From Dehalococcoidia bacterium (GTDB lineage Bacteria; Chloroflexota; Dehalococcoidia; Lucifugimonadales; UBA1123), in NCBI GenBank assembly GCA_965208795.1, contig CBDBPQ010000002.1:1014770-1078769 (forward strand): a DNA stretch of 64,000 nucleotides, read 5' to 3'. The notes under the pieces were generated by a model that ran no database searches, was not told the DNA's origin, and saw only the letters and a list, made by a program, of their open reading frames with translations. This document shows, piece by piece, positions 36,899-46,039 of the stretch. Within the stretch, counting starts at the first letter, position 1. Every line of letters starts with the position of its first letter. A program made the translations under genes and the position numbers.

Positions 36899-37297
36899 AT
36901 GCCATACGCCATCAATCACGTACACATAAGGGCGCAGGATCCGCACGCTTCGGCGGCGTGGTACGCGGAAAACTTCGGCGCAAAGGTTCTGGGAGCGCGG
37001 GAGGTGATGCCCGGCACGATAACCGTGAGTATGGACGCCGGTGGGCCGGTGCGCCTGAACATCTCGTCGAAACCGGAGGGGACTCCGGACATCCACAGCG
37101 AGGCAGAGCTGAACCGGCTAGGACTGGAACACTTCGGGTTCGACGTAGAGGACATCGAGGCTGACATGGCGCGGCTCGAAGCGGCGGGCGTCCGCGTGGT
37201 GCTGCCGATAACTGAGGTTCCCGGCGGCGCGAAACTGTCGTACATCGAAGGGCCGGACAACGTGCTCATCGAGCTGGTGCAGCCGCCGGCGGGCTAG
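36899..37297 (+). CDS. VOC/glyoxalase-family protein
   Basis: INHVHIRAQDP...LEHFGFDVEDI... GGAGGGAGG RBS before ATG 36899. Confidence 0.8.
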   Translation: MPYAINHVHIRAQDPHASAAWYAENFGAKVLGAREVMPGTITVSMDAGGPVRLNISSKPEGTPDIHSEAELNRLGLEHFGFDVEDIEADMARLEAAGVRVVLPITEVPGGAKLSYIEGPDNVLIELVQPPAG

Positions 37298-37369
37298 ATT
37301 TAACGCAGAGGCGCAGAGACGCAAAGGGAAGAACTAGAATCTCTTGCGTCTCTATGTCTTTATGTCGAG
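37298..37369. repeat. Family 1 repeat copy (right arm degenerate)
   Basis: atttaacgcagaggcgcagagacgcaaaggg...cttgcgtctctatgtctttatgtcgag. Confidence 0.7.
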
Positions 37370-37454
37370 TATCGGGGGACGGAATCTCGCTAACCCACGC
37401 GCGCCTGGGAACGTTGTACAATTGAGAAGGATAGCCTGAACAGGAGATTCGGAA

Positions 37455-38402
37455 ATGCGGCAGCGCGGCATCGGCAGGGATTTCGGACTCAGCTTCCGCA
37501 TGGGGTTCACCATGCTGATGCTGGCCGGGCTGTGGGTCGTGTTCATGGGGCTGCTGTTCTGGGCGGGCATCCCCTGGTTCCTGGTGCTTGGGTTCGCCAT
37601 CATCGGCGTGGTGATACAGTACTACGCTTCCGACAAGCTGGTGATGATGTCCACCGGCGCGCGCGAGGTGTCGGCGCAGGAGGAGCCGTGGTTGCACGGG
37701 ACGATCGAACGGCTGGCGCAGATGTACGAGATGCCCAAGCCGAAGAAGATCGCCATCATGGAGACGCACGTCCCCAACGCCTTCGCCACGGGGCGCAACC
37801 CGCAGAACGCCGTCGTCGCGGTTACGCGGGGCCTGCTGAGTCGGCTGAACGACCGCGAGGTCGAGGCTGTGCTGGGACATGAACTGGCGCATGTCAAGAA
37901 CCGCGACGTGTCTGTGATGACCTGGGCGAGCCTCATCGTAATCGCGGCGGGCTACCTGATGCAGATGCTGTTCTGGATGAGCCTGTTCGGGGGCTTCGGC
38001 GGTTTCGGATTCGGCGGCGGCGATGACAACGATGGGGACAGCGGCGGCAACTTCTTCCTGGTTATGATAGCGGTGTACATCGGAACCATCCTCATCTACT
38101 TCCTGGCACAGCTGCTGGTGATGGCGCTGTCGCGCTACCGCGAGTACGCCGCCGATAGGAGCGGGGCCATCATAACCGGCGCGCCGATGCAGTTGGCGTC
38201 CGCGCTCTCCAAGATAGACAACGACATGTACCGCATACCGGAGAAGGACTTGCGCGAGGTGGAACACGCCAACGCTTTCATGTTCGTCCCGGCGCTGTCC
38301 GGCAGCGGGGTCGCGCGGCTGATGTCGAGCCACCCGCCGACCGAGCTGCGAGTCGAACGGCTGCGGCAGATGCAGAGCGAGCTTGAGAGAGGGCGCGTCT
38401 AA
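37455..38402 (+). CDS. htpX: M48 zinc metalloprotease HtpX
   Basis: HELAHVKNRD plus 4 TM segments and the C-terminal SHPP.ELR motif. Confidence 0.9.
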   Translation: MRQRGIGRDFGLSFRMGFTMLMLAGLWVVFMGLLFWAGIPWFLVLGFAIIGVVIQYYASDKLVMMSTGAREVSAQEEPWLHGTIERLAQMYEMPKPKKIAIMETHVPNAFATGRNPQNAVVAVTRGLLSRLNDREVEAVLGHELAHVKNRDVSVMTWASLIVIAAGYLMQMLFWMSLFGGFGGFGFGGGDDNDGDSGGNFFLVMIAVYIGTILIYFLAQLLVMALSRYREYAADRSGAIITGAPMQLASALSKIDNDMYRIPEKDLREVEHANAFMFVPALSGSGVARLMSSHPPTELRVERLRQMQSELERGRV

Positions 38403-38971
38403 TGAGCATCTGGGCGGCGATCTTCGGACACACGAAGCTCAAGACGCCGGACAGGGAGCGTTTCTTCTCGATAGTCGGCGCGGCGCTCAGCATCGAGACG
38501 CGCGCCGACTTCCACTCGACACGCCGAGCGGGTGTGGTGGTGAACCCAGTGGAGTCGTCGTACTTCGACAACCTCAACTCGGAGATTCGAGAGCTTCTGG
38601 ACGTGAGCGGACGCGCTACCGGCACGCGGTTCGAGATCGAGGACGATGAGTTCGGCACTCGCTGGATCGTTTTGGACGACCCCGACTTCGAGGACCTGGT
38701 GAGCCTGATCCACACGATCACGGAGACGATAGTGGATCACGGCTTTGCCGACCGGCTGCTGGCGGCGGCGTTCGGTTTCGAGTTCGAGGGAAAGTCCGCC
38801 TACTGGCTGTACAGCTACAAACAGGGACGTTTCTACCCGTTCGCTCCGACGGGGCGCGGCGAGCGCGATAACGCGCTGGAGATGCGCATAGGCGAGATAA
38901 TGCGCGCCGAGAAGATACCCGTACAGCGCAAGTTGGAAGACTGGTACGCGCTGTGGGGAATCCCTTTCTAG
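38402..38971 (+). CDS. Conserved hypothetical protein translationally coupled to htpX
   Basis: TAATG overlap with htpX. 189 aa, acidic, no motif recognised with certainty. Confidence 0.7.
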   Translation: MSIWAAIFGHTKLKTPDRERFFSIVGAALSIETRADFHSTRRAGVVVNPVESSYFDNLNSEIRELLDVSGRATGTRFEIEDDEFGTRWIVLDDPDFEDLVSLIHTITETIVDHGFADRLLAAAFGFEFEGKSAYWLYSYKQGRFYPFAPTGRGERDNALEMRIGEIMRAEKIPVQRKLEDWYALWGIPF

Positions 38972-38980
38972 GGGACGGGT

Positions 38981-39064
38981 TCTTAACGCGGAGACGCAGA
39001 GGACGCGGAGGGACGCAGAGAGTTTAATTGAATGCTTTGCGTCTCTGCGCCTCTGCGTTAAAAC
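38981..39064. repeat. Family 1 repeat copy between convergent genes
   Basis: tcttaacgcggagacgcagaggacgcggagggacgcagag...ctttgcgtctctgcgcctctgcgttaaaa. Confidence 0.85.
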
Positions 39065-39081
39065 GGGGTGGTGTGGACGGG

Positions 39082-39582
39082 TCAGCGAGGCGGCAGGGAC
39101 AGCCCGTCTATGAATTCGAGGTTCGGCAGCTTGGCGAGCTCCGCGGGGGCGACTTTCAGCTTGGTGGAGCGGCTGCCGCCTCCAAGTATCACGTAGTCGA
39201 GGGCGCGGATCTTGGCGTCGGCGTATATGGGCAGGTCTTCGGGCAGGCCGAACGGGGTTACGCCGCCTATCATCATGCCGGTCAGATCCATCGTCTCGTC
39301 GGCGCCGGCGAACGAGGCGCGGGATACGCCCATCAGCCCCTTGACCCGCTTGTTCACATCTAGCCTGTCGGTGGCGAGAACGATGCAGGCGCAATGCTTC
39401 TTCTGCCCGCGCTTGGATGCGACGACGATGGTGTTGCCGGAATTCTCCGGCGGGTAGCCGTACTTCTCGCAGAAGGCGGCGGTGTCGGCGAAATCGGGAT
39501 CTATCTCGAACATCTCGCGCTCGACGCCGAGCGCGTCCAACTGGGAAGATACTCCGGCTTCTATCTGTTCGGATGTTTGCAT
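39082..39582 (-). CDS. YbaK/EbsC-type aminoacyl-tRNA editing (deacylase) domain protein
   Basis: ...NTIVVASKRGQKKHCACIVLATDRLDVNK...GGVTPFGLPEDLPIYAD... Start taken at MQTSEQ with GGAGG upstream. Confidence 0.8.
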   Translation of the reverse strand: MQTSEQIEAGVSSQLDALGVEREMFEIDPDFADTAAFCEKYGYPPENSGNTIVVASKRGQKKHCACIVLATDRLDVNKRVKGLMGVSRASFAGADETMDLTGMMIGGVTPFGLPEDLPIYADAKIRALDYVILGGGSRSTKLKVAPAELAKLPNLEFIDGLSLPPR

Positions 39583-39631
39583 TTTCAGACTGCCTCCGAT
39601 TTTCTGTTCCAATAGTTTCTTTACTGTACCT

Positions 39632-39703
39632 AAATTCAACGCAGAGGCGCAAAGGCGCAGGGCAGGTACGAAATAATATCCTTCGCGTCTCCGTGTTTAG
39701 ATT
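39632..39703. repeat. Family 1 repeat copy (right arm degenerate)
   Basis: aaattcaacgcagaggcgcaaaggcgcaggg...cttcgcgtctccgtgtttagatt. Confidence 0.7.
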
Positions 39704-39798
39704 GGGGGTATGGTTTGGGGAACCTTTCGCGGCGCGCCGTCGTCTTGAACAGTAACGGGGCTACCCCGCAAACTGCACGCATTGGGAGATTGAAGACT

Positions 39799-42700
39799 AT
39801 GACTTCCGCAAGAACTTTGGCGACCATTCTGGCGATAGCCGTCTTGGCGCTGGCGTTGTCGGCCTGCTTGGACGATTCGGGCCAACTCAGGCCGGCGCAG
39901 ATTCCGGCGGCGACACAGATTCCGGTGTCGGCGGACGTGGACGGATACCTGGTGTCGGCGCCGGCGACAATGCGGGCGGGACTGAGCGAGGGCGTTACGG
40001 TATCGCTGTTCGACGGCTCGGCGCCCGCGAGGGGCGAGGTTACGGTCATCCTGGCGCGCGGTGGCGAAGTCGTCGCCAGAGCCAAGCAGACCGTGAGCGG
40101 ATCGGAGACCATCCCGCTAGACATTTCCGCAGACGCAGACGGCAGCTACGAGCTGGGAGTTCGAGGTCCGGGGTTCAGCGACTCCGCAAAGCTGAACGTG
40201 GTGGACGGTACGATCATCTTCGTGGAGACCGACAAGCCCATCTATAAGCCGGGCCAGCTGCTGCGCGTCCGAGCGCTGCGGCTGAATGCCGATCTGAAGC
40301 CCGCGCCCGGCATGGTTACGGTGGAGATACAGGACGCCAAGGGGCTGAAAGTCTTCAAAGAGGCGGTCGCCTCGGACGACTACGGCATGGCTACGGTCGA
40401 GATGCCGCTCTCTACGGAGCCGAACCTGGGCGTGTGGAAGATAACTGCGCAGTACGGCGACCGGTCGGCTCAGACGGACGCGCGGGTGGAACGCTACACG
40501 CTGCCCAAGTACGAGGTTGACGTGAGTATGCCCCGCGACTGGGCGCTGGCGCACGAGCCGATAGAGGGCACGATTGGCGCCGAGTACAGCTTCGGCAAGC
40601 CCGTGAGCGGCGAGGTCAGCATCGAAGCGTATCGGTACGTGGGAGAGTGGGAGCGGTACGCCACGTTCAACGAGGCGATTGACGGCGAAATCGAGTTCGA
40701 GCTTCCGGCGGTTGACTACGTGGCGGGCGTTCCGGCCGCGGGCGGACAGGGCAACGTCCGACTCGAAGTTACCGTCAGCGAACGCGCGACCGGATACGTG
40801 GAGAAGACGACACGTCTGCTGACCATCGCGGAAGCGCCGGTCATCCCGCGCCTGATATTCGACAGCGCGTCGTTCAAACCGTCTCTGCCGCTGTCGGCGC
40901 TGCTGATCACCGAGTCGCCCGGCAACGAGCCGCTCGACCGCGCCGTGGAAGTCAGGATTGACCACTTAGACGAAGACTTAGAGGTTACACACACGGAGAC
41001 CCGCACCGTCAACACCGCTGGCGGCAAGGCCCTGTTCAAGATAGCGACGCGCGAGGACGCGGTCGCCATGCGGGTCGAGGCGTATGTGGACTACTCGAGC
41101 GTTGTGAGAACGCTGCGGGCAAGCCATTCGCCTTCCGGCAGCTTCATCCACGTCGAGCAGACCTCGCCCGCCACGCTGAGCGTGGGGGGCACCGCCTCGT
41201 TCACCGTTCACGCGACGAGGGACGCGCCTTCCACGTACTACGAGGTGATGTCGCGCGGCAAGGTGGTGTTCTCAGACGTCAGCCGCACGGACGACATCGA
41301 GTTCACCGTGTCGCCGGTCATGGCGCCGTCGTCGCGGCTGATCGTCTATCGCATCATGGACGGCAGCGAGGTCGCCGCCGACTACATCCCGTTCGACGTG
41401 AGCGGGCAGTATCCGATGCAGACGTCCATCGAGCTCGCAAGCGACGAGGTTAAGCCGGGCGAATCGGTGAACATCGGCATCAAGACGCAGGGCGTGGCGA
41501 AGGTCGGGCTGGCGGCGGTCGATCGCTCGGTCTTCATCCTGGCAGAGAACCGGCTGAACCTTCAGCAAGTGTTCGCGGAGCTCGAGCGCCTGTACCAGGA
41601 GCCGCAGTTCGAGCTGCACGACTACCACCCTGGCGCCATCACCACGCGAGGCGCGGAGGAGACGTTCGAGGAGGCGAGGCTGGTGGTAATTACCAACAAG
41701 AAGGTACCGGACGGCGAGAGGTACGAGCGCGAGATGATGGTATTTAGAGCGCAGGCGGAAGCGATGCAAGCGATGCCGGCCGCCGCGCCCACGCCCGCAG
41801 CCCCCGCGCCAGCGTCTCAGGACGCCGGCGGCGACTTGGCCGAAGTCCAGCGCATTCGCCAGTTCTTCCCGGAGACGTGGCTGTGGCAGGACGTGGAGAC
41901 CGACGCGAACGGCGACGCCACGGTCAGCGCCGAGGCGCCGGACAGCATCACGACGTGGATGCTGCGCGCCGTGTCGCTGTCGAAGGAGCATGGGCTTGGA
42001 GTAGCGGAGGCGGAGATGCGCGTCTTCCAGCCGTTCTTCGTATCGGTGGATCTGCCGTACTCGGCGGTGCGCGGCGAGGAGTTCCCGGTCAAAGTCGCGC
42101 TGTACAACTATCTGGATACCGAGCAGCAGTTCTTCGTAGAGCTTGCCGACTCGGACGACTACAAGCTGCTGGACAGCGCGGAGAAGTCCGTAACCGTCGG
42201 CGGTTCCGACGTTGGCGGCGTCGAGTTCAGCGTCCGCATGACGGAGCTGGGCAGCGTTCCGATCGAGATAACGGCGCGGAGCGCGGACGCGGCGGACGCC
42301 GTGATAAAGCCGATCATCGTAGAGCCGGAAGGGGTGAGCCACGAGTTCGTGGAGAACGTCATCCTATCGGCGGGCGACGACGGGACGTTTACCATCAAGC
42401 CGCCGCCCGGTGCAGTGGACGGCTCGTCGCGAGCAGTCGTCGCGCTCAGCGGCAACTACCTGAGCCAGTCCATCGAGGGGTTGGAGAATCTGCTCCAGAT
42501 GCCGTTCGGATGCGGCGAACAGAACATGATACTGTTCGCGCCCAACGTGTTCGTCGCCCGCTATCTCGAAGAGACGGGGCAGTCGAAGCCGGAGATCATG
42601 GCGAAAGCCGAGCATCTAATGACAACGGGCTACCAGCGCCAGTTGACCTACCGGCGCGCGGACGGCAGCTTCTCGGCGTTCGGCGAGAGCGACGAGTCCG

Positions 42701-43974
42701 GCAGCCTGTGGCTGACCGCTTTCGTTCTGAAGACCTTCGCGCAGGCGAAGGGGCTGATATACATGGATGACGCCGTGCGTGCGGACGCGGCGAACTGGAT
42801 CGGCAGCCACCAGCAATCCGACGGCTCGTTCGAGCCGGTGGGGTTCCTGCACCACCAGGAGCTTCTGGGCGGACTGCGAGGCAACGCCGCGCTGACGGCA
42901 TACGTCGCCATCGCGCTGTTGGAGGCGGGCGAGACTTCTCGCGCCGAGTCCGCTATCGCCTACCTAGAATCGCAGTTGGACTCGATAGACGACGCCTACG
43001 GCATGGCGATAACCGCCTATGCGCTCGCCCTTGCCGGCAGCGACTCCACGAGCGCGGCGCTGGATATTCTGACGGCTATGGCCAAGCAGTCTGGCGACGG
43101 CATCTACTGGTCTGACGACGACGGCGTGGGGCCGGTTCCGTACCCGTCGGACACGCTGCCCATTGGCACGAGCGTGCCGAACTCTGCCAGCGTGGAGACG
43201 ACGGGTTACGCGATACTCGCGCTGCTGGAAGGAGGCGACAGGCTGACCGCGTCGGCGGCCGCGCGGTGGCTGGTAACGCAGCGCAACTCGTTCGGCGGTT
43301 ACGGCTCTACTCAGGATACGGTCGTCGGCTTGCAGGCGCTGAGCGAGTTCGCCGCCAATGCGCGGTTCGACGTGGACCTTGACATTGCGCTCGCGTCCGG
43401 CTCGTGGAGCCGGAGCGTCAGCGTCAACGCTTCCAACGCAGATGTCGTACAGATCGTGGAAATCCCAGCCGGGGACAGCCTGAGCGTTGCTGCTGACGGT
43501 TCGGGCGAGGTGGTGATGCAGGTCGTCAATCGCTTCAATATGCCGGAAGTGCGGCCGGTGGGCGAGGACATATTCACGATAGACGTAACGTACAGCGCGG
43601 AGCGGATAGAGGTGAACGACCGCATCGCCATAACCGCTGTCGCAGCCTTCACGCCGCCGACGACGCCAAAGATGCCAAACTCGGGCATGGTGGTGATAGA
43701 CATAGCCATCCCAACCGGCTTCGCGGCGGTCGCGGATACGGTCGCTGCGCTGGTGGAAGACACGCCCAAACTGAAGCGGTACGACGTGGCCGGGCGCAAG
43801 GTCATCCTGTACATGGAGGACATGGCGCCGAACGAGTCCATCAGCCTGGAGTTCGAGGCGGTGGCACTGCACCCGGTAAAGGCGCAGCCGGTAACGTCGC
43901 AAGTCTATTCGTACTACACGCCGGACTGGAGGGGCGAGACGCTGGGCGCGGCGGTGGAGGTGGCAAGCCAGTAG
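39799..43974 (+). CDS. Bacterial alpha-2-macroglobulin family lipoprotein with intact thioester
   Basis: Lipobox LALSAC after ATG 39799 (GGGAG RBS). Thioester MPFGCGEQNMILFAPNVF. Downstream FGGYGSTQDTVVGLQAL. About 1390 aa with MG-domain-like repeats. Confidence 0.9.
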   Translation: MTSARTLATILAIAVLALALSACLDDSGQLRPAQIPAATQIPVSADVDGYLVSAPATMRAGLSEGVTVSLFDGSAPARGEVTVILARGGEVVARAKQTVSGSETIPLDISADADGSYELGVRGPGFSDSAKLNVVDGTIIFVETDKPIYKPGQLLRVRALRLNADLKPAPGMVTVEIQDAKGLKVFKEAVASDDYGMATVEMPLSTEPNLGVWKITAQYGDRSAQTDARVERYTLPKYEVDVSMPRDWALAHEPIEGTIGAEYSFGKPVSGEVSIEAYRYVGEWERYATFNEAIDGEIEFELPAVDYVAGVPAAGGQGNVRLEVTVSERATGYVEKTTRLLTIAEAPVIPRLIFDSASFKPSLPLSALLITESPGNEPLDRAVEVRIDHLDEDLEVTHTETRTVNTAGGKALFKIATREDAVAMRVEAYVDYSSVVRTLRASHSPSGSFIHVEQTSPATLSVGGTASFTVHATRDAPSTYYEVMSRGKVVFSDVSRTDDIEFTVSPVMAPSSRLIVYRIMDGSEVAADYIPFDVSGQYPMQTSIELASDEVKPGESVNIGIKTQGVAKVGLAAVDRSVFILAENRLNLQQVFAELERLYQEPQFELHDYHPGAITTRGAEETFEEARLVVITNKKVPDGERYEREMMVFRAQAEAMQAMPAAAPTPAAPAPASQDAGGDLAEVQRIRQFFPETWLWQDVETDANGDATVSAEAPDSITTWMLRAVSLSKEHGLGVAEAEMRVFQPFFVSVDLPYSAVRGEEFPVKVALYNYLDTEQQFFVELADSDDYKLLDSAEKSVTVGGSDVGGVEFSVRMTELGSVPIEITARSADAADAVIKPIIVEPEGVSHEFVENVILSAGDDGTFTIKPPPGAVDGSSRAVVALSGNYLSQSIEGLENLLQMPFGCGEQNMILFAPNVFVARYLEETGQSKPEIMAKAEHLMTTGYQRQLTYRRADGSFSAFGESDESGSLWLTAFVLKTFAQAKGLIYMDDAVRADAANWIGSHQQSDGSFEPVGFLHHQELLGGLRGNAALTAYVAIALLEAGETSRAESAIAYLESQLDSIDDAYGMAITAYALALAGSDSTSAALDILTAMAKQSGDGIYWSDDDGVGPVPYPSDTLPIGTSVPNSASVETTGYAILALLEGGDRLTASAAARWLVTQRNSFGGYGSTQDTVVGLQALSEFAANARFDVDLDIALASGSWSRSVSVNASNADVVQIVEIPAGDSLSVAADGSGEVVMQVVNRFNMPEVRPVGEDIFTIDVTYSAERIEVNDRIAITAVAAFTPPTTPKMPNSGMVVIDIAIPTGFAAVADTVAALVEDTPKLKRYDVAGRKVILYMEDMAPNESISLEFEAVALHPVKAQPVTSQVYSYYTPDWRGETLGAAVEVASQ

Positions 43975-43983
43975 CGGGAAGAT

Positions 43984-44074
43984 ATGATGCAGAGGCGCAA
44001 AGACGCGGAGGACCGCAGAGGGATTTTGTTCTTCTTTGCGTATCTTTGCATCCTCTGGGCCTCTGCGTTTAAAT
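43984..44074. repeat. Family 1 repeat copy
   Basis: atgatgcagaggcgcaaagacgcggaggaccgcagaggg...ctttgcgtatctttgcatcctctgggcctctgcgtttaaatt. Confidence 0.8.
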
Positions 44075-44115
44075 TGAGAGCGGCTGTGTGGTATCATCTA
44101 GAAGCAGCCGCGATT

Positions 44116-44201
44116 GCCGAAGTGGCGGAATGGTAGACGCGCCGGTCTCAAAAACCGGTGGGATAAAACCCGTGTCGGTTCGAGTCCGACCTTCGGCACC
44201 A
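44116..44201 (+). tRNA. tRNA-Leu (anticodon CAA), long variable arm, CCA encoded
   Basis: GCCGAAG-TG-...-CCGGT-CTCAAAA-ACCGG-(long variable arm TGGGATAAAACCCGT)-GTCGG-TTCGAGT-CCGAC-CTTCGGC-A-CCA. Confidence 0.9.
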
Positions 44202-44244
44202 GCGTCGCGCGTTCATCTAGTCCCTAGGGGAGCGCCTAGAAGAC

Positions 44245-45525
44245 ATGGTCCCGCTCACCCGCCGTCGGCGCGCCCCGGCATGGGTTGCGTCATTCCAGTA
44301 TCGAGACTTCCGTTATCTCTGGCTGTCGTCCGTCGTGCAGTCGGTCGGGATGGGAATGGAGTTCGTCGCGCTCGGCTGGTTGGTGCTGGATATGACCGGC
44401 TCTCCCCTCTGGGTGGGCGTGGCGTCGGCGGCCCGAATGCTGCCGTTCTTCGTGATGGGCTTCGTATCGGGCGCGGTGGCGGACCGGGTAGATAGGCGCA
44501 TCTTCGTCCGCTGGATGACGCTGGCGGGAGCAGGAGTCGCGACGCTTACCGCGCTCGTTCTGTACTTGGACTACGCGCCGGAGTGGACGGTTCCCGTCCT
44601 GGACGTCGCCTACAACCCGGTCTGGCCGATCATCGCGTTGACGGTGGTGATGGGCGTCGTGTGGGTGTTCGGCATGACGCTGCGCCAGGCGTACACCTAC
44701 GACATCGTAGGCCCGGAGGCGGCGCTGAACGGAATGTCGCTATCGGCGCTGAGCCAGCGGCTGGGGCAGGTGATGTCGGCGCCGGTGGCGGGCGCGATAC
44801 TCGCCGTAGTCGGGTTCGAGGCTACTTTTCTGACCATCGGCGTATGCTACGCGGCCTCGACCGTATTGCTGTTCTGGACGCGCGAGGCGGGACAGGCGGC
44901 GGCGCGAACGCCGGAGCGCGTGTGGACGAACCTGGTGGGCTACTGGCAGATCCTGCGAGAGAACAGCATTCTCCTCACGCTGATGCTGCTGGCGGCGGCG
45001 ACGGAGATATTCGGCTTTACTCACCAGAGCTTGCTGCCGGTGCTGGCGCGCGACGAGCTTGGCGCCGGCTCGTTCGTGTTCGGGTTGATGAGCATGTTCC
45101 AGCAGGGCGGCGGCGTGATAGGGCTGACGCTCTTGGCGGCTATGGGAGGCGGCGCGGGCTTCCGGCGCAAGGGTCTGCTGATATTCGTGATAGCGGGATG
45201 CTTCGGATTGGGCGAGATGGCGTTCTCGCTGGGCGGCGGGTTCGCGCTATTCGTCGCCGCGCTCGCTTTCATCAACGCCTGCGCCGCGGCTGTGGATACG
45301 CTGTACAAGACGCTAATGCAGGAGGTCGTCCCGAACGAGCAGCGCGGACGGGCGATGGGGGCGTGGGTGTTCAGCATCGGCGTCGCGCCGGTCGGACACA
45401 TTGGCGTCGGCGCGCTGGCGGAAGCGTTCGGAGCGCCGCGCGCGCTGCTCATCAACGGTTCGGCGCTGCTGGGCATCAGCCTGGCCACGGCGCTCTCGCT
45501 GCCAAAGATACGAAGGCTGCCCTAG
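44245..45525 (+). CDS. MFS transporter (12-TMS, EntS/MFS_3-like)
   Basis: FRYLWLSSVVQSVGMGMEFVALGWLVL... GAVADRVDRR motif. Confidence 0.85.
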   Translation: MVPLTRRRRAPAWVASFQYRDFRYLWLSSVVQSVGMGMEFVALGWLVLDMTGSPLWVGVASAARMLPFFVMGFVSGAVADRVDRRIFVRWMTLAGAGVATLTALVLYLDYAPEWTVPVLDVAYNPVWPIIALTVVMGVVWVFGMTLRQAYTYDIVGPEAALNGMSLSALSQRLGQVMSAPVAGAILAVVGFEATFLTIGVCYAASTVLLFWTREAGQAAARTPERVWTNLVGYWQILRENSILLTLMLLAAATEIFGFTHQSLLPVLARDELGAGSFVFGLMSMFQQGGGVIGLTLLAAMGGGAGFRRKGLLIFVIAGCFGLGEMAFSLGGGFALFVAALAFINACAAAVDTLYKTLMQEVVPNEQRGRAMGAWVFSIGVAPVGHIGVGALAEAFGAPRALLINGSALLGISLATALSLPKIRRLP

Positions 45526-45549
45526 CAAGCCGAGCGCTTGACCGGTATT
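45526..45549 (+). repeat. Stop-codon-abutting motif (copy 3)
   Basis: caagccgagcgcttgaccggtatt lies immediately after the TAG of the MFS gene. Confidence 0.7.
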
Positions 45550-45959
45550 TGCCCAGCGCGACAGGCTTCTCGCTTGAGAGGGGTCATCATCAATGCGCGA
45601 ATTGCATATATTCTAAGAAAAGTCTCAAATTTTACCCAAGTGCCGCTAGAAGGCGCCGCGCTCCGGCTTGTATTGTTTCTGCTACGATACGCTGCCGGGG
45701 GTATGGAAATGCAACAGGTTCATACACGCAGGATAGGTATTGGAGACAGGAGCCGGATCAGTCCATGGCGGACGGACGAATCTGAGGCCGTGAATGAGTC
45801 TATGGCGGCGGCGTGGAAGCGTCGCGACAGCCATCGCGTCACAGTCGGGGCGATCTTCTCGGGATGCTCCAGGGGATTCAACGGCAGGACCTAGTCGAAC
45901 TGCCGGTCTTTTCTATCAATCTTTCCCAAGGGGGTCGGTGAATGCCGTCCCTCCTTTGT

Positions 45960-45993
45960 TTAAATTCGCAACGCGGGGGCGCAGAGAAGCAAA
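45960..45993. repeat. Family 1 repeat, half copy (left arm only)
   Basis: ttaaattcgcaacgcgggggcgcagagaagcaaag. Confidence 0.5.
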
Positions 45994-46010
45994 GCGGTTG
46001 GGGGCAGCCG

Positions 46011-46039
46011 TTGACAGGGCGGACGCGGGTTCATAAACT
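46011..46039 (+). promoter_or_regulatory. Candidate sigma-70 promoter for the lyase gene
   Basis: TTGACA-17 nt-TAAACT, about 40 nt upstream of the AAGGAGG RBS and ATG 46081. Confidence 0.3.

Noticed and set aside
19118-44074. Family-1 repeats considered as CRISPR repeats
   Set aside because: The copies are dispersed singly across 25 kb. Each is an internal palindrome of sub-repeats, they are not separated by unique spacers, and no cas genes are present.
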